Below are positions 18,126 through 29,332 of a stretch of 64,000 nt of DNA, one piece after another. This DNA is from a virus. The stretch lies in IMG/VR virus record IMGVR_UViG_3300027906_000009, positions 27,315 to 91,314 of that record; one strand, 5' to 3'. The position numbers and the translations under genes were made by a program. Each line of letters begins with the position of its first letter. The stretch's first letter is position 1. The notes below the pieces were generated by a model. That model did no database searches. It had not been told where the DNA came from and worked only from the letters and a program-made list of their open reading frames with translations.

Positions 18126-18961
18126 ACATCTTCTCCCCTCTTGTAGTATCCGTTCTGCTTTTCTGTTTCTTCTTTCATTATCACATCTTTGTCAGTTTTT
18201 ATTTTAAATAATTTATTAATCTCTTTTAGTTTTTTAATTTTTCGCAGCACATCGTCGCCAGAATCGGTCTTTTCTACTTCAAAGACCTCTATCTTAAAAT
18301 TCTTAAAAGCTGAGTCTGCATTAAGTTGTTGTAAATCTAGCACTATTTTTTCTCTTAAAAGTTTAATTTTTGAGTTGTCCCTGAAGATTATTTCGTCTGA
18401 GGCTAAGTCCACAAACTTTTCTGCGGAATACATGCTGGGATTCTCTATGTCTCCTCTCTCTTCCTTTAGGTTAAATTCTGGTATTATATGGATTGTTGGC
18501 CTTTTTCTTGGCACACCTGAGCCTGTGATCTCTGAAAAGGTTATTTTTTCAAATTCTTTACCAAAATTGCGAAGATCAAATCGTGGTGCTTGTTGCACTC
18601 CTATATTCTTATTATTTAAAGGGTATAATAATATTTTTTCTTGTATTTTTTCTGCCACCTCTTTTATGATTGGTTCAAAAATATCTCTTTCTTTGCTTTC
18701 TATTTTCCTAGACTCCAAATCAAAACGTTCTTCTACGGGGCTTGTTAAATATTGTGTCTTTAATTTTGGAGTATTTTTCAAGATCCTGTCTTTGACATCG
18801 TTCTGGTGCTCGACAAAACCTGCACACTGAGAATTATATAATATATCATCATCAAAAAATTGATAAAACTGCGGCTTAAAAGACCCTATTGAATATAAAT
18901 ATTTGCCATATTGAGTAAGCTGTATATCCATAACTTCTTGTTGTTTGTCAAAAAATACCAT
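18122..18961 (-). CDS. Virion structural protein, N-terminus paralogous to 10681-11703
   Basis: MVFFDKQQEVMDIQLTQYGKYLYSIGSFKPQFYQFFDDDILY aligns by eye with MAFLDNSGDIILDAVLTDLGRKRLASGKFNIAKFALGDEEINY. Confidence 0.6.
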   Translation of the reverse strand: MVFFDKQQEVMDIQLTQYGKYLYSIGSFKPQFYQFFDDDILYNSQCAGFVEHQNDVKDRILKNTPKLKTQYLTSPVEERFDLESRKIESKERDIFEPIIKEVAEKIQEKILLYPLNNKNIGVQQAPRFDLRNFGKEFEKITFSEITGSGVPRKRPTIHIIPEFNLKEERGDIENPSMYSAEKFVDLASDEIIFRDNSKIKLLREKIVLDLQQLNADSAFKNFKIEVFEVEKTDSGDDVLRKIKKLKEINKLFKIKTDKDVIMKEETEKQNGYYKRGEDV

Positions 18962-18973
18962 TTACTTGTCCTT

Positions 18974-21900
18974 TTAACTTTCTTTCTCTTTAATATATGT
19001 AACGCTTATTGCGTCGCTGGTGCCGATCGAATCCACAAAAGTCACAGTGTTTCCGGAAATGGTATAATCGTTTCCGGTACCTGAGGTTTGTAAAACTCCG
19101 TTAAGATAAATAGATTCTGTTCCACTTTTTATTCTAAAACCGGTTCCAGGGTTGACTGTGATTGCATTGCCAGATGGTGCTGCGGCGCCGGATGCCTTCA
19201 TTTGATGTCTAAATATCATATTGTCGAGTGCTAAAAATTTAGTCGCATCAACTTCAGATTGACCAGTTTGGATATTATCAAGAGCTTTGGGCGATAATTT
19301 GATTTTATTCTGTATGTCGTCTAATAAACTTAACTCAAATTGTGGCGCTATAGGCTCAGGCGCCTCCTGAATATCTCTTGAGAAATAATCAACTTTAGAG
19401 TCTATCTTTATCATCTCAATTATAGAGAAGAAATCATAAGGCCAATTGTATGAATATTTCGAAAATATCTCTCTATCTCTTCTGATTGTTGACTGTACAG
19501 TTTTACCTCCAAGTTCTTGGGCCCCCGAAAGGTCAAGTATATCTTCCCTATTTTTTGAAATAGAATCTTTTATAACATTGACGTAATCCGACTCTGCCCT
19601 ATATTTAACTTTAAAGACTAACCATCTTACTTCTTTTTCTAGAAAAAGTTCGGGATTTTTATATATTGAACCTTTTCCTTTGAACAGATTATCAACATCT
19701 GGCAATACTATGCTAGAAATATATTCTACATCTGTATCTATTTCACTCTGGAGAACTCTAGAATGTTGTGCAACTGAAATACTCTTTCCACTTTCTGGGT
19801 AGAGATTCTGCCACAAGTGGGAAAGATCTTCTTGTCCTATTTCAGCTTTAAATTGAAAAATATATGATACAAAAGGATCTACATCATCGTTTTTTATAAA
19901 GTCAAATTGTGGCGGAAACACATATTTGTCCATCATTCTTAACTGATAGGCTATATTTTCTTGTGCTAAAATTCCAGGATTTTCATAAAATGATTCATAC
20001 GATTCTTCTACTAATTCTGTTTCTTGGTCATTTGATGACAATCTTAAAGCATCAAGAAATTGCTGCTTTTTAAATGAGTTGTAATTTCTAGATTCTGCTA
20101 AAGATGACGGATCCATATCGAAAAACCTCAGTTCACATTCGTCTTCAAGGTAATACGGTATTGCCACTACGGCCTCACAAACTCTTTTCTTAGATGCTAG
20201 TCTTCCTAATTTATATTTTCTAGAAGGGTTTGCCTCCTGTGGGACTGAATATGCATAATTGTAAGTGTCTCTAACAAAACCAACTGCTGAAGCTAAGTCT
20301 CCCACACTAGTCTTTCCGTCGTCTCTGGCGCCTAAAATAGTTAGATAGTAACCTTTTCCTTCGTTTGTGGGCAGCTTTTCGCCATATTGGTGCCACATTC
20401 CCCTTGATGCTGTTAAATAAGGAGTACTTGAACTGTTGAATTCTTGATAATAGTTTGTTTGGTTTCGGGTTTTCCATGGGGACCCTGAAACTTGATCTAC
20501 CTGGTTGGTGGTTAAATTTAACGCGGAGACCTTATTATTTGAAAAATCCATAACTGGCGTTTCCCATCTTGGGTGTATTACCCATCTGTAATTAGCCGGG
20601 CCGTCTTGTTGGGAGGAGGTAGTTTTGCCCGGGGATCCTTGAAAATTATAATTATCTGCCGCTAGGCTTACATATCTTGTTAGATTTAGACTGGCTGAAA
20701 CCACCATCGATTCTTTAAAATTAGTATTAGTTGAGGCATTATTTGGTGATTGCATATTTGTATATGTAACACTCATTCCGTTAATAATTTCTGGTATTGT
20801 ATACCTTCTTGTTTCCGAAGGAGTAAAAGAAATCTCCGCATATGGATCTGTGTTTGGGTCTAAATATGGTGGCACATATGGCAAAAATCCATGTGAGCCC
20901 GACGTTGCGGCCTTTGTCTCCGTTAAAAAATCGACCTTTGATGGCAATACTGAGGCGCCGCCTGCAAAACCTGTTTTTCGGTTGGTCGAGTCCGTGGTGC
21001 CAAACTGACCACCAGTGCCTGATATTGTAGTATTTCCCGCATCTCCTGATTCAACTTGTGTTAAAGTTATTATATCTGTAGAGGTTGAGTAATTAGCTGT
21101 AATTAAGTTTTGGTGGCCATTTGCATGCCCTATGGCTGTTGCAAGTGAAGTACCTATTTGGTCAGGCGTATTACCAGAGGAATAGGATCCTAATGCCACT
21201 AAAATGTTACCTGAACTATCTGTGTTTCCTGTTCCGAAAGTTGTACCTGATGTGCCATTTGAAAATCCTGCGATACTTAAACCTGCTGAAAAATTTGTTG
21301 CTATAGCATTGTTGCCTGCTGTGCCGGCTGTTGCCTGGGTTAGTGTCAACTTTCTGGATCCATCATTTGAAACATTAATTGTGTTGTTATGGCCATTTGT
21401 ACTCTCTATTACAGTTTCAGCTTGGGCAATGACTGAATGCATTCCAGTTGACATACCAAAAACTTGTATTTTAACCCTGCCGCTGCTGTCTGTTTGTCCA
21501 CTGGTACTAAAGGTGTCATGTACAAAAATATATGTTTTTTCAGTTGGAGAAGACTGTGCGTCCTTCAAAGTAAAGGTTGCGCCGTTTAGATCACTAGCTT
21601 TACTTACTGCGGTTGCTATTTCTATAGTAGCAGTGGCAGCGACTGCTGCGGTGTCTAAGACAAACTTATAAGTTTTTGTTTGACTGTTTGTTGACTGTAG
21701 AGTTACTGTATTATTGTTAAGCGCGTTTCGCCAGTCTGGGTCATTTCCAGAAAGAGATGATGGTACAGACATGTCGAGCGAGCCTGATGCTGGAGTCCCA
21801 GGAACAGTTGTTGTTTCTGGTGTATATGTAGCTATTTCCGGGGTGCTTTCATCCACCGGTGGCCCGAAAGCAGAGTGCCTGTCATACATCACTACATCAT

Positions 21901-24900
21901 TATTAGTAATATAAACCCTCATTTTGTAGACAACTCCATTGTTTAATAGTGGACTAACTGGTTGTGATATAGCAGTCTGTAATTTTTCATCTTCTAAGAA
22001 AAATTTAACTGTTTCCGAAGCAAAATTACCAATTGCGCTCTTATACGGTAACATTGAGTTTACAAAACCTTGATATGTACTAGAAAAATTTATTGCGTTA
22101 TTTGTGATAGTTTTTTGCCTATTCAAGGTGCCAAATGTAGGAGGATACTCATTAACCTTTAAATATTCCCTTGTGCCATAAAAAATACTGGCGCTTGGGT
22201 GTGGTTCATTATCAGGAACTATCTGGTTGTATAGCCTCTCGGGATATAAAAGATCATCAAAATTTACTCTCCTGGATGTTTCCCCTTTTAATCTTGGTAT
22301 ACCTGAATCAACAGTATTATTTATCAGAGAGCCCGTATAGCAAACACTTGATCCCAAACTCGCTCCATCAAAATTTCCAATAGGTATATAAACTTTACTG
22401 TTGACCAAATAATTTTCAAAAGCTCCGTCAGTCGAGGAAAATAGAGGATAATCAACTGCAAGGCCAGATTTAATAGAATTAAATAAAACACCTGGTGCTA
22501 GGAGCGGCTTTGAAACTTTAGATTTTGTATTCTCTATCTTCAAATCTAACAGAGCCAGTGCAGTACCCTCTGTTATTTGTGTGTTAGATATATAACTGGC
22601 GTTATAAGAGCCTGATTTTAAATAATTTCTGTGGAAAATTTCTGATACTTGGACTGCACGTTCTGCAGGATACATTCCCCTATATGGCAAAAATCTTTTT
22701 GCTGCAGAGCATTTTAGTGTTAATTTGCCAGCGAATAAATCTACATTTTGATTATCTAAATTTTCCTGAAATGGTTGAAAATATTTCATAAAATCAGAAG
22801 TAGAATATGTTTTAAAAAATTGAGTCCCTATCGATATATCACCCGATGATGAGTGATAAATCGCTCCTGTCAAATGTAAAAAGTCGTCTGTAATGGTAGG
22901 ATTATCCAAATCCGAAGAAGCATATATATCTTCTATATATTTACTTATTGTAAATTCTGGTATTATAGAATAGTTTTGACCTACAAGTCTAATTTCTTCT
23001 GCATATTTGTCGTAAGAATCGTAAAACGGTCCGATTTTGTTGCTTGAGGTTGCTTCCCACAATGATTCTCCTGCCAAGAATTCGTCGGATCCGAAAATTT
23101 GCGGGATTCTTCTGTTATAGATAGGTGCAAATGGGGGGGCGCCTCGCAAGAAATTATTTCCAAGTGGAAAAATACTATAATCATTTTGTAAAATTCCTTC
23201 GTTTCTTGTAGCCTGATCTCGATTGTTCGAGAATTGGGTCCCATCATTAAAGAAAGATGATGTAATGCTGATTGGTTTAGTAGAGAAATCACTTCTAGAA
23301 TCCAAAACCCATTTACTTGTTTTAATCATGGACCTACTATTTTCAGAAGCAAACGGATTATAAGTCATCTTATGGCTCATGAGGTCGACCATTTCATAGG
23401 TTCCAAAATAATCTTTTTGAAACTCTTTGTGGTTAATTATTTGGGTTGGCTGTAAAAATAACTTTTGATCATAAGCTGATTGGCTTACTAAATAATCTGA
23501 ATAATTTAAATTTCCTGTTAAAGCTAGAGATCTGTTTGCAAGTTTAGAGTCCCATCCAAAAAACTTAAATTTTTCTCTAGTTCTTGCATTTTTTGTATAT
23601 GTATTTATTTCTCTTGGATATATCGTTTCTAAATAATTTAGTTCTGTTTTGTTATATTGTCCCCTGATTAGGTCTAATCTACCTATCGTGTTATTTAGTA
23701 TTTTTAAATTTTCGTGATCTAAAAATGGCTCTTCTTCAAACCTTATCAGGTCTGACATCTCTTGATTTGCGAATCCTGTAATGTTATTTTGTAATGGCAA
23801 ACTAAGTGTGAAACTTGGCATTAATTGTATATTTTCTCGAGATGAAGCCCTGTACGCTTCTAGTACAATCTCATGAAAAAACTGGTCGAAATTCCACATC
23901 GACTCAAGTTGACGCTGGTTTAAGTTCCTAGCTTGATTGTCTCCTAGAAACCCAAACAACTGGCCGGATTCATAAGTATGTATACTTAAACTAAGCGGCT
24001 TGTATTTTGAAGTGGCCATAACTTCTTTAAAGTTAGTAATGCTCCTAGGCTTTGCAAAAGTTCGATTGTCTTCTTCTGTCCTGGAGTAATCAAATTGATA
24101 CCCCTGCCTGTGTGATGTAAATGGCACCTTTGATGTGAACACCGCTGAAAATATATTGTTTTTCTTGTGAGCCCTGGATATGGCGTGCTGGGATCCTCTT
24201 ATTTGTTTCCACGATGGCCAGCCGTATGGGCCTTGGCGGTTTAATATTATAGAATTTAATGTTGATGCATCCCCAAAGAAACCAGATGCTGTTCGAATTG
24301 AATTTTCCGGGTTACCGCGGTGCATAGTATCAGGATTAATAAGGTTATTTACAAAATCTTGTTTGGTACCAGTAAAAATCTGATCCGTGCCGAGTGTGTT
24401 TGTATTTATAGACAAGGGTTCCAAAACAATTGTATTTAAATTCACAAAGTCAACAGGCGTGAACGTGCCGGCTGTGAATGAAGCATCCTCTGCGCCGTAA
24501 ATTTGTGTTGCACCTCCGAAGGTGCCGGCGCCGAGTTCACTAGATGCCAAAAAAGTTATACTTGACTCTGATTTTATACCGGCAGCATGCTCATAGGTGT
24601 GTTGATGTCCTGAATTGCCATTAAGTCTTGTAAAGTTCAACGGCAGGAGCGCAGAAGCGGTGATCCACAGGTATCCAATATCAGTTTGAGGTATCTCATG
24701 TTGTACGAATAAATTATCTGGCTTGTAATAAATATCTCCCGTCATGCTCGGACTCAATGGGCCGGACATAAACCTTCTATAATTTCTATTAGTTTTATGT
24801 ATTGACGCTTGAGTTGTAGAACCCGAACGGTACCCAAACCGTTCAGAATATTCTGAAGATAAATTATTAAGAACCCCTCTAACCAGAGTGTTTCTGTAAT

Positions 24901-27900
24901 TTATTGTACTGTATACTGAAAATTCCTCTGCTTCTCTATCCAAACCATACTTTCCGGATGTTTCGGGGCCGCCCGGTGGGGAAAATCTATTTACGAAAAC
25001 ATGTTCTCTTCTTGTTCTATCTGGTACGAAATGGTTTACTGTGCCTATTATATATTCTGATTTATTAAGAGATCCTGTTAAATTTTTACCTTCTTGTTCT
25101 ACTAAATAATTATTATTATTTGTTCTGCCGGCTGTTTGCACTATTTCATAATCTTTGTGATAATTTCCTTGCTTAATTGGGTCTGTGGAAGCTTTTATGT
25201 TGGCCATGCTATAAAGTCTACTAGATTCTATAGGACTATGAAACATGGTACTATACCTATCTGAAGTTTCGATAGTAAGTGAACTGGTAGTTTCTGATAT
25301 TTTATATGCTTCGATTCTTTCTAAAGTTTGCCCTATTTTGTTTTTTCTGTGAGGGGGCCTAACATCAAGAAAATCAGGCTTATTTATTTTTAGCGAATCT
25401 CCCATAAAGTGGTTATTCGTTATTTTTAATTGTGTTTTAAACTTGCTAAAGTCTGTGCCGACTGAAGAACTGTATAAAGAAAAAGGTAATACAAAGTCTG
25501 CATCTGCATTATTATAATCCTGAATGCCAGAAACATTAGTTTTTGATGTATATCTTTCTTTTTGAATTGGTCTCGTGATGTCATCGCATTGTTTAAACTC
25601 ATATATATCATCTGATGATATTGTTATATTTGTGTTATTTTGATATATTATCTTGTAGAGATCTTCAACTTTATTGGTGTCTTTATTATGCCCTATATTT
25701 AAAATCTTCTGCTTTGTAATTGTGTGTTTGTAGGGCCTAACTAGGTTTCTTAAAGCGTACTTTCTAAAATTGTTTCCTGGGTATGAATTTGAGATTTTAG
25801 TGGTCAATGTATCTTTAATCTCTTTTCTCCCTGTGCTGGTGGGTACCTCTTTTCTATCCTTTTGCCATAAACAATTTTTATTTTCCTGTTGGTCGTGATG
25901 GCCATGCTCCCAATCATATAGCAGTTCATTTATTGACAACATATTAGTTTCAAGTTTTGGTGGCTTAGTATCTATTATCGCGTATTTATGGTGATATTTA
26001 TTTCTTTCAAGTGCATGACTTTCAACTACATTGTGCATGCCTGTGTTGTAAATTGTCGATGCGGCCAGTGTATGCTCCACAAGATTTCCAAACGAGGCGC
26101 CTATCCATTTATAATAATTAACAAATTTTTCAAAACTAATCTCATTCTGTACATTTTCAAAATATTTTTCTTTCAAATATTGCAATAATTTATAATTTGC
26201 TCGATATCTGTTAACTGGTTCACCTATAGCGTTATTAAGCAATTCAACTCCAGAAAAGAAACTTATCATATCTTTAGAAATCACCTCATACATGCTTTTT
26301 TCAAAAGATAGAATATTTGTTTCTGGAGTTAAAGAAAAATCAAATTTATCTACTGGGTTTTCTTTTAACTGTACTTGGTCTAAACCCTTAATGCTTGCTA
26401 ATGGAGTATTTTTAATTTGGTTTATGTAATCCACATACACTATATCTGTCAACTTATTGTCAAAACCATGAGATTTAAAATCATAATTGGTCGACAGGTC
26501 AGAATCATATATTGGAGATGTAATATCTTGTCCGGATGTTTCATCCTCAATAGTGAAATTTGCCGTGTTATTATTAGAAACTTTACTAAAATTTATTCTA
26601 AAAAGTTTTGTGTTTTCTGATTTTATAGTTTGATCTGTGTTAATTTGTTTTGGTCTTAATTTTTGTCTTCCCCTGTGAGTGAAAGTCTTACTTCTTAATT
26701 GCAATTCTTCGTCTGTTAATTGATCCTTCCAAGCACTAAAATTGAGTATTCTTATATCGGTCTTATCTATAACTGAACCTGTAATGTTAGTCTTATTTGC
26801 TCCAATAAAAATAGTTTTATTCGCAGAGTTAAACAGATTGTAATTTGCCCTAGACAATTCTGATGTCAATGAAAAACTATCCATCAATTTATCATCAATA
26901 TAGTTGTATCCTGAAAATATAATTTCATATTTTTCAGTTCCGTGATCAATGAGTGGGCTGCTTGTCTTCTTTCTTATTCTTAGTGATACGTTCCACCTTG
27001 AATCATCGTAGACCTTTTTCAGAAATGGTGTCTTCAAATCTTGTGATAAAAATTTACTAGATTTTAAGACAAAACGCGCTTTGGGATCTACAAGATTTTG
27101 CTTCTCAACAATCACAGTAAAATTGGCATTGTCCGGCGAAGGTGTTACAAAATTATTTTGTACCCCAGATACCTGTTTTATACCGAAAACACTAGATGTA
27201 GATATTTCGTGCTGAGCTTCGACTCTTTTTGCAAAAATAAATGAGCCTTCAAAAGTATACTCGTTTGGCACAGTTGAAGTCGGTATAAAACTTGAGTCGC
27301 CGGCTGATGTGTAGAATTGGTGTAAATTTGCGGAGCTATTATCTCGAAAATTTATTATTTGAACTCTTTCTGCCTTTTTTTCAGTCTTATTGTCTTTAAA
27401 CGGGATTTCACCGCCCACTAGAGAATAAACATCACTAATAACGTCAGTTGAGACGCCGGCTAATTTATATATTGCAGCATACCCAGCTTCAGTGCCTTTT
27501 TTATTGAATATCGCCCTTCGATAATTTTTAATATTTTGATGTATAGTCCTTGCACTGACTTGCGTTGGTTTAGTATATCTAAGGTGGCCGGAAATTTGCT
27601 CCATCTGGTCTAGTAAGGGCTCCTCTTCCTGCAAAATCATTGATGTCATATCTGTGTCAATACCTTCATCCTCTGCTTGTTCTAGCGGTAGCCTTCCAGT
27701 ATTCTGGTTTGATAATCCTGTTTGTATATACTCATCAACACAACCTACAAAGTATTTGTCCCCGTAATCTAAATAATTTTCGTCATAGGATCCTGTAGTG
27801 TTTGTTCCCGCTTGAATCACACCGTCCCAATTGGGGCCTCTAGAGCGAAGAGTAGCATCGAGTTTATTTCTTACTTCATCAAATTGCACTGCCATCATTT

Positions 27901-29332
27901 GCAGGAGTATTTGAAATTCTCGCTTACTTTCACTGTCTTGTTCAACAAAATCCTGGCGCGCCCATTCCGGTATAAATCTTTCTAAATTATTATTGTTCAA
28001 CCTATCGTAAGCTTCTCCAATCTTTCTGGTTTTTGATATTAGTTTTTGAACTGTCTGATCTGAATTTTCTAATATCGGAGTCTGGACTTCTGTATTTTTT
28101 GTTGCTTGTGATTGATTGATCGCTGATTCTGGTATTAGAGTATTTTCATCATATTCTCTTATTCTTCCTGTTATTTCGTTTCCAGAATAATCAAAAACCA
28201 AACTATCTTTTTTTGTCTTGCCAATTGGTGGCTTATTGAAATTGTAATATAGGCCCATTCTAGACGTATATTCCTTATTAGAAAAATCATTTGCAAACAC
28301 TTTTTTATCAAAGTAGCGGCCGATTTCTCTATTGTTCCTAAGTCCCTTCCAATATTTGAAGTCGTCCAAAGAACCCGAAAACGAACCGGGTGATGAGGTT
28401 GCAGTATTATCTTTTCCTATTTTTCCACAAATATAGGATTTTACTTCTGGCATTTCTCCTATTCCAGACTGCGTTACAGTCTGGTTTATCTGGCCATCTA
28501 CATAAAGTTTAAATTTTAAATTATTATTTATTTTAATAGCAGAGACAGCATAATGGTGCCACTTGCCATCACCGACACTAGCAGTAGTAATTGGCTGTAC
28601 TGGGTCTGCAGGGTCTCCTATTTGAATGTCTGTAGAGCCGGTTGTTGCCGTTGTATATGTGACGCGGAATGGTGAGCCGGCGGAGGCCGACAAATGAAGC
28701 TTAAACTTAGCTTGATTTTCTGGTTGAGTACTTCCTGGTAATGTACCAATATCAAAGACAACTTCTTGTTGTTTTGAAGCATTAAACCCATCCTTTTTCA
28801 TCCAAAACTCTACAGTATTTCCCTTTGAAGGACTTAATAAAACCCCTGGTTCGTCATTGCTAAGTTGTCCCAAGAATTCAATTTGGGGTATTTTTCCCGC
28901 TCCTCCATTAAATTCTATGTACTGTTTGTAATTAAATCTAACGCTGCCGACTGCGCCTGGCCATTTTTGATTGAAAAGAGCAGTATCTAGACTTGGTGAG
29001 GTCATATACCAATCATAGTGTTCCTCTTGGGTGCCATCAAAGGGATAGTAATTAATTATGTTGTATATTGCATCTACATAATATTGTTGCGCGCTGCCAT
29101 AAAACGCAAAAGTAGAAGGATCAAAAGAATTGATTGGTGGTCGAAAAGCATCCATAAAAGATTGTTGCTTTGATATCAGCGAATCTGATTCTGCCTCATT
29201 TGATAATTTATTATTTTTCTGATTTAGGTGGGCCCTATTTGATCTTTTAAAATACTCTTCTTTTCTTTTATCCGCGGCAGTAGCTATAGTAATTTCCTGG
29301 CTATTTCCGTCTTTGCTGCTAAAATCTGTCAT
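18974..29332 (-). CDS. Giant baseplate/tail protein, 3452 aa, with LamG (ConA-like) domains
   Basis: LamG motifs TVEFWMK, DGKWHHYAV, LYVDG and GSLDDFKYW, plus a second LamG-like region. KKGT wedge-protein motif. C-terminal IYLNGVLQ..G..NDYTISGNTVTF virion domain. Follows the gp25 and gp6 genes. Confidence 0.75.
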   Translation of the reverse strand: MTDFSSKDGNSQEITIATAADKRKEEYFKRSNRAHLNQKNNKLSNEAESDSLISKQQSFMDAFRPPINSFDPSTFAFYGSAQQYYVDAIYNIINYYPFDGTQEEHYDWYMTSPSLDTALFNQKWPGAVGSVRFNYKQYIEFNGGAGKIPQIEFLGQLSNDEPGVLLSPSKGNTVEFWMKKDGFNASKQQEVVFDIGTLPGSTQPENQAKFKLHLSASAGSPFRVTYTTATTGSTDIQIGDPADPVQPITTASVGDGKWHHYAVSAIKINNNLKFKLYVDGQINQTVTQSGIGEMPEVKSYICGKIGKDNTATSSPGSFSGSLDDFKYWKGLRNNREIGRYFDKKVFANDFSNKEYTSRMGLYYNFNKPPIGKTKKDSLVFDYSGNEITGRIREYDENTLIPESAINQSQATKNTEVQTPILENSDQTVQKLISKTRKIGEAYDRLNNNNLERFIPEWARQDFVEQDSESKREFQILLQMMAVQFDEVRNKLDATLRSRGPNWDGVIQAGTNTTGSYDENYLDYGDKYFVGCVDEYIQTGLSNQNTGRLPLEQAEDEGIDTDMTSMILQEEEPLLDQMEQISGHLRYTKPTQVSARTIHQNIKNYRRAIFNKKGTEAGYAAIYKLAGVSTDVISDVYSLVGGEIPFKDNKTEKKAERVQIINFRDNSSANLHQFYTSAGDSSFIPTSTVPNEYTFEGSFIFAKRVEAQHEISTSSVFGIKQVSGVQNNFVTPSPDNANFTVIVEKQNLVDPKARFVLKSSKFLSQDLKTPFLKKVYDDSRWNVSLRIRKKTSSPLIDHGTEKYEIIFSGYNYIDDKLMDSFSLTSELSRANYNLFNSANKTIFIGANKTNITGSVIDKTDIRILNFSAWKDQLTDEELQLRSKTFTHRGRQKLRPKQINTDQTIKSENTKLFRINFSKVSNNNTANFTIEDETSGQDITSPIYDSDLSTNYDFKSHGFDNKLTDIVYVDYINQIKNTPLASIKGLDQVQLKENPVDKFDFSLTPETNILSFEKSMYEVISKDMISFFSGVELLNNAIGEPVNRYRANYKLLQYLKEKYFENVQNEISFEKFVNYYKWIGASFGNLVEHTLAASTIYNTGMHNVVESHALERNKYHHKYAIIDTKPPKLETNMLSINELLYDWEHGHHDQQENKNCLWQKDRKEVPTSTGRKEIKDTLTTKISNSYPGNNFRKYALRNLVRPYKHTITKQKILNIGHNKDTNKVEDLYKIIYQNNTNITISSDDIYEFKQCDDITRPIQKERYTSKTNVSGIQDYNNADADFVLPFSLYSSSVGTDFSKFKTQLKITNNHFMGDSLKINKPDFLDVRPPHRKNKIGQTLERIEAYKISETTSSLTIETSDRYSTMFHSPIESSRLYSMANIKASTDPIKQGNYHKDYEIVQTAGRTNNNNYLVEQEGKNLTGSLNKSEYIIGTVNHFVPDRTRREHVFVNRFSPPGGPETSGKYGLDREAEEFSVYSTINYRNTLVRGVLNNLSSEYSERFGYRSGSTTQASIHKTNRNYRRFMSGPLSPSMTGDIYYKPDNLFVQHEIPQTDIGYLWITASALLPLNFTRLNGNSGHQHTYEHAAGIKSESSITFLASSELGAGTFGGATQIYGAEDASFTAGTFTPVDFVNLNTIVLEPLSINTNTLGTDQIFTGTKQDFVNNLINPDTMHRGNPENSIRTASGFFGDASTLNSIILNRQGPYGWPSWKQIRGSQHAISRAHKKNNIFSAVFTSKVPFTSHRQGYQFDYSRTEEDNRTFAKPRSITNFKEVMATSKYKPLSLSIHTYESGQLFGFLGDNQARNLNQRQLESMWNFDQFFHEIVLEAYRASSRENIQLMPSFTLSLPLQNNITGFANQEMSDLIRFEEEPFLDHENLKILNNTIGRLDLIRGQYNKTELNYLETIYPREINTYTKNARTREKFKFFGWDSKLANRSLALTGNLNYSDYLVSQSAYDQKLFLQPTQIINHKEFQKDYFGTYEMVDLMSHKMTYNPFASENSRSMIKTSKWVLDSRSDFSTKPISITSSFFNDGTQFSNNRDQATRNEGILQNDYSIFPLGNNFLRGAPPFAPIYNRRIPQIFGSDEFLAGESLWEATSSNKIGPFYDSYDKYAEEIRLVGQNYSIIPEFTISKYIEDIYASSDLDNPTITDDFLHLTGAIYHSSSGDISIGTQFFKTYSTSDFMKYFQPFQENLDNQNVDLFAGKLTLKCSAAKRFLPYRGMYPAERAVQVSEIFHRNYLKSGSYNASYISNTQITEGTALALLDLKIENTKSKVSKPLLAPGVLFNSIKSGLAVDYPLFSSTDGAFENYLVNSKVYIPIGNFDGASLGSSVCYTGSLINNTVDSGIPRLKGETSRRVNFDDLLYPERLYNQIVPDNEPHPSASIFYGTREYLKVNEYPPTFGTLNRQKTITNNAINFSSTYQGFVNSMLPYKSAIGNFASETVKFFLEDEKLQTAISQPVSPLLNNGVVYKMRVYITNNDVVMYDRHSAFGPPVDESTPEIATYTPETTTVPGTPASGSLDMSVPSSLSGNDPDWRNALNNNTVTLQSTNSQTKTYKFVLDTAAVAATATIEIATAVSKASDLNGATFTLKDAQSSPTEKTYIFVHDTFSTSGQTDSSGRVKIQVFGMSTGMHSVIAQAETVIESTNGHNNTINVSNDGSRKLTLTQATAGTAGNNAIATNFSAGLSIAGFSNGTSGTTFGTGNTDSSGNILVALGSYSSGNTPDQIGTSLATAIGHANGHQNLITANYSTSTDIITLTQVESGDAGNTTISGTGGQFGTTDSTNRKTGFAGGASVLPSKVDFLTETKAATSGSHGFLPYVPPYLDPNTDPYAEISFTPSETRRYTIPEIINGMSVTYTNMQSPNNASTNTNFKESMVVSASLNLTRYVSLAADNYNFQGSPGKTTSSQQDGPANYRWVIHPRWETPVMDFSNNKVSALNLTTNQVDQVSGSPWKTRNQTNYYQEFNSSSTPYLTASRGMWHQYGEKLPTNEGKGYYLTILGARDDGKTSVGDLASAVGFVRDTYNYAYSVPQEANPSRKYKLGRLASKKRVCEAVVAIPYYLEDECELRFFDMDPSSLAESRNYNSFKKQQFLDALRLSSNDQETELVEESYESFYENPGILAQENIAYQLRMMDKYVFPPQFDFIKNDDVDPFVSYIFQFKAEIGQEDLSHLWQNLYPESGKSISVAQHSRVLQSEIDTDVEYISSIVLPDVDNLFKGKGSIYKNPELFLEKEVRWLVFKVKYRAESDYVNVIKDSISKNREDILDLSGAQELGGKTVQSTIRRDREIFSKYSYNWPYDFFSIIEMIKIDSKVDYFSRDIQEAPEPIAPQFELSLLDDIQNKIKLSPKALDNIQTGQSEVDATKFLALDNMIFRHQMKASGAAAPSGNAITVNPGTGFRIKSGTESIYLNGVLQTSGTGNDYTISGNTVTFVDSIGTSDAISVTYIKEKES

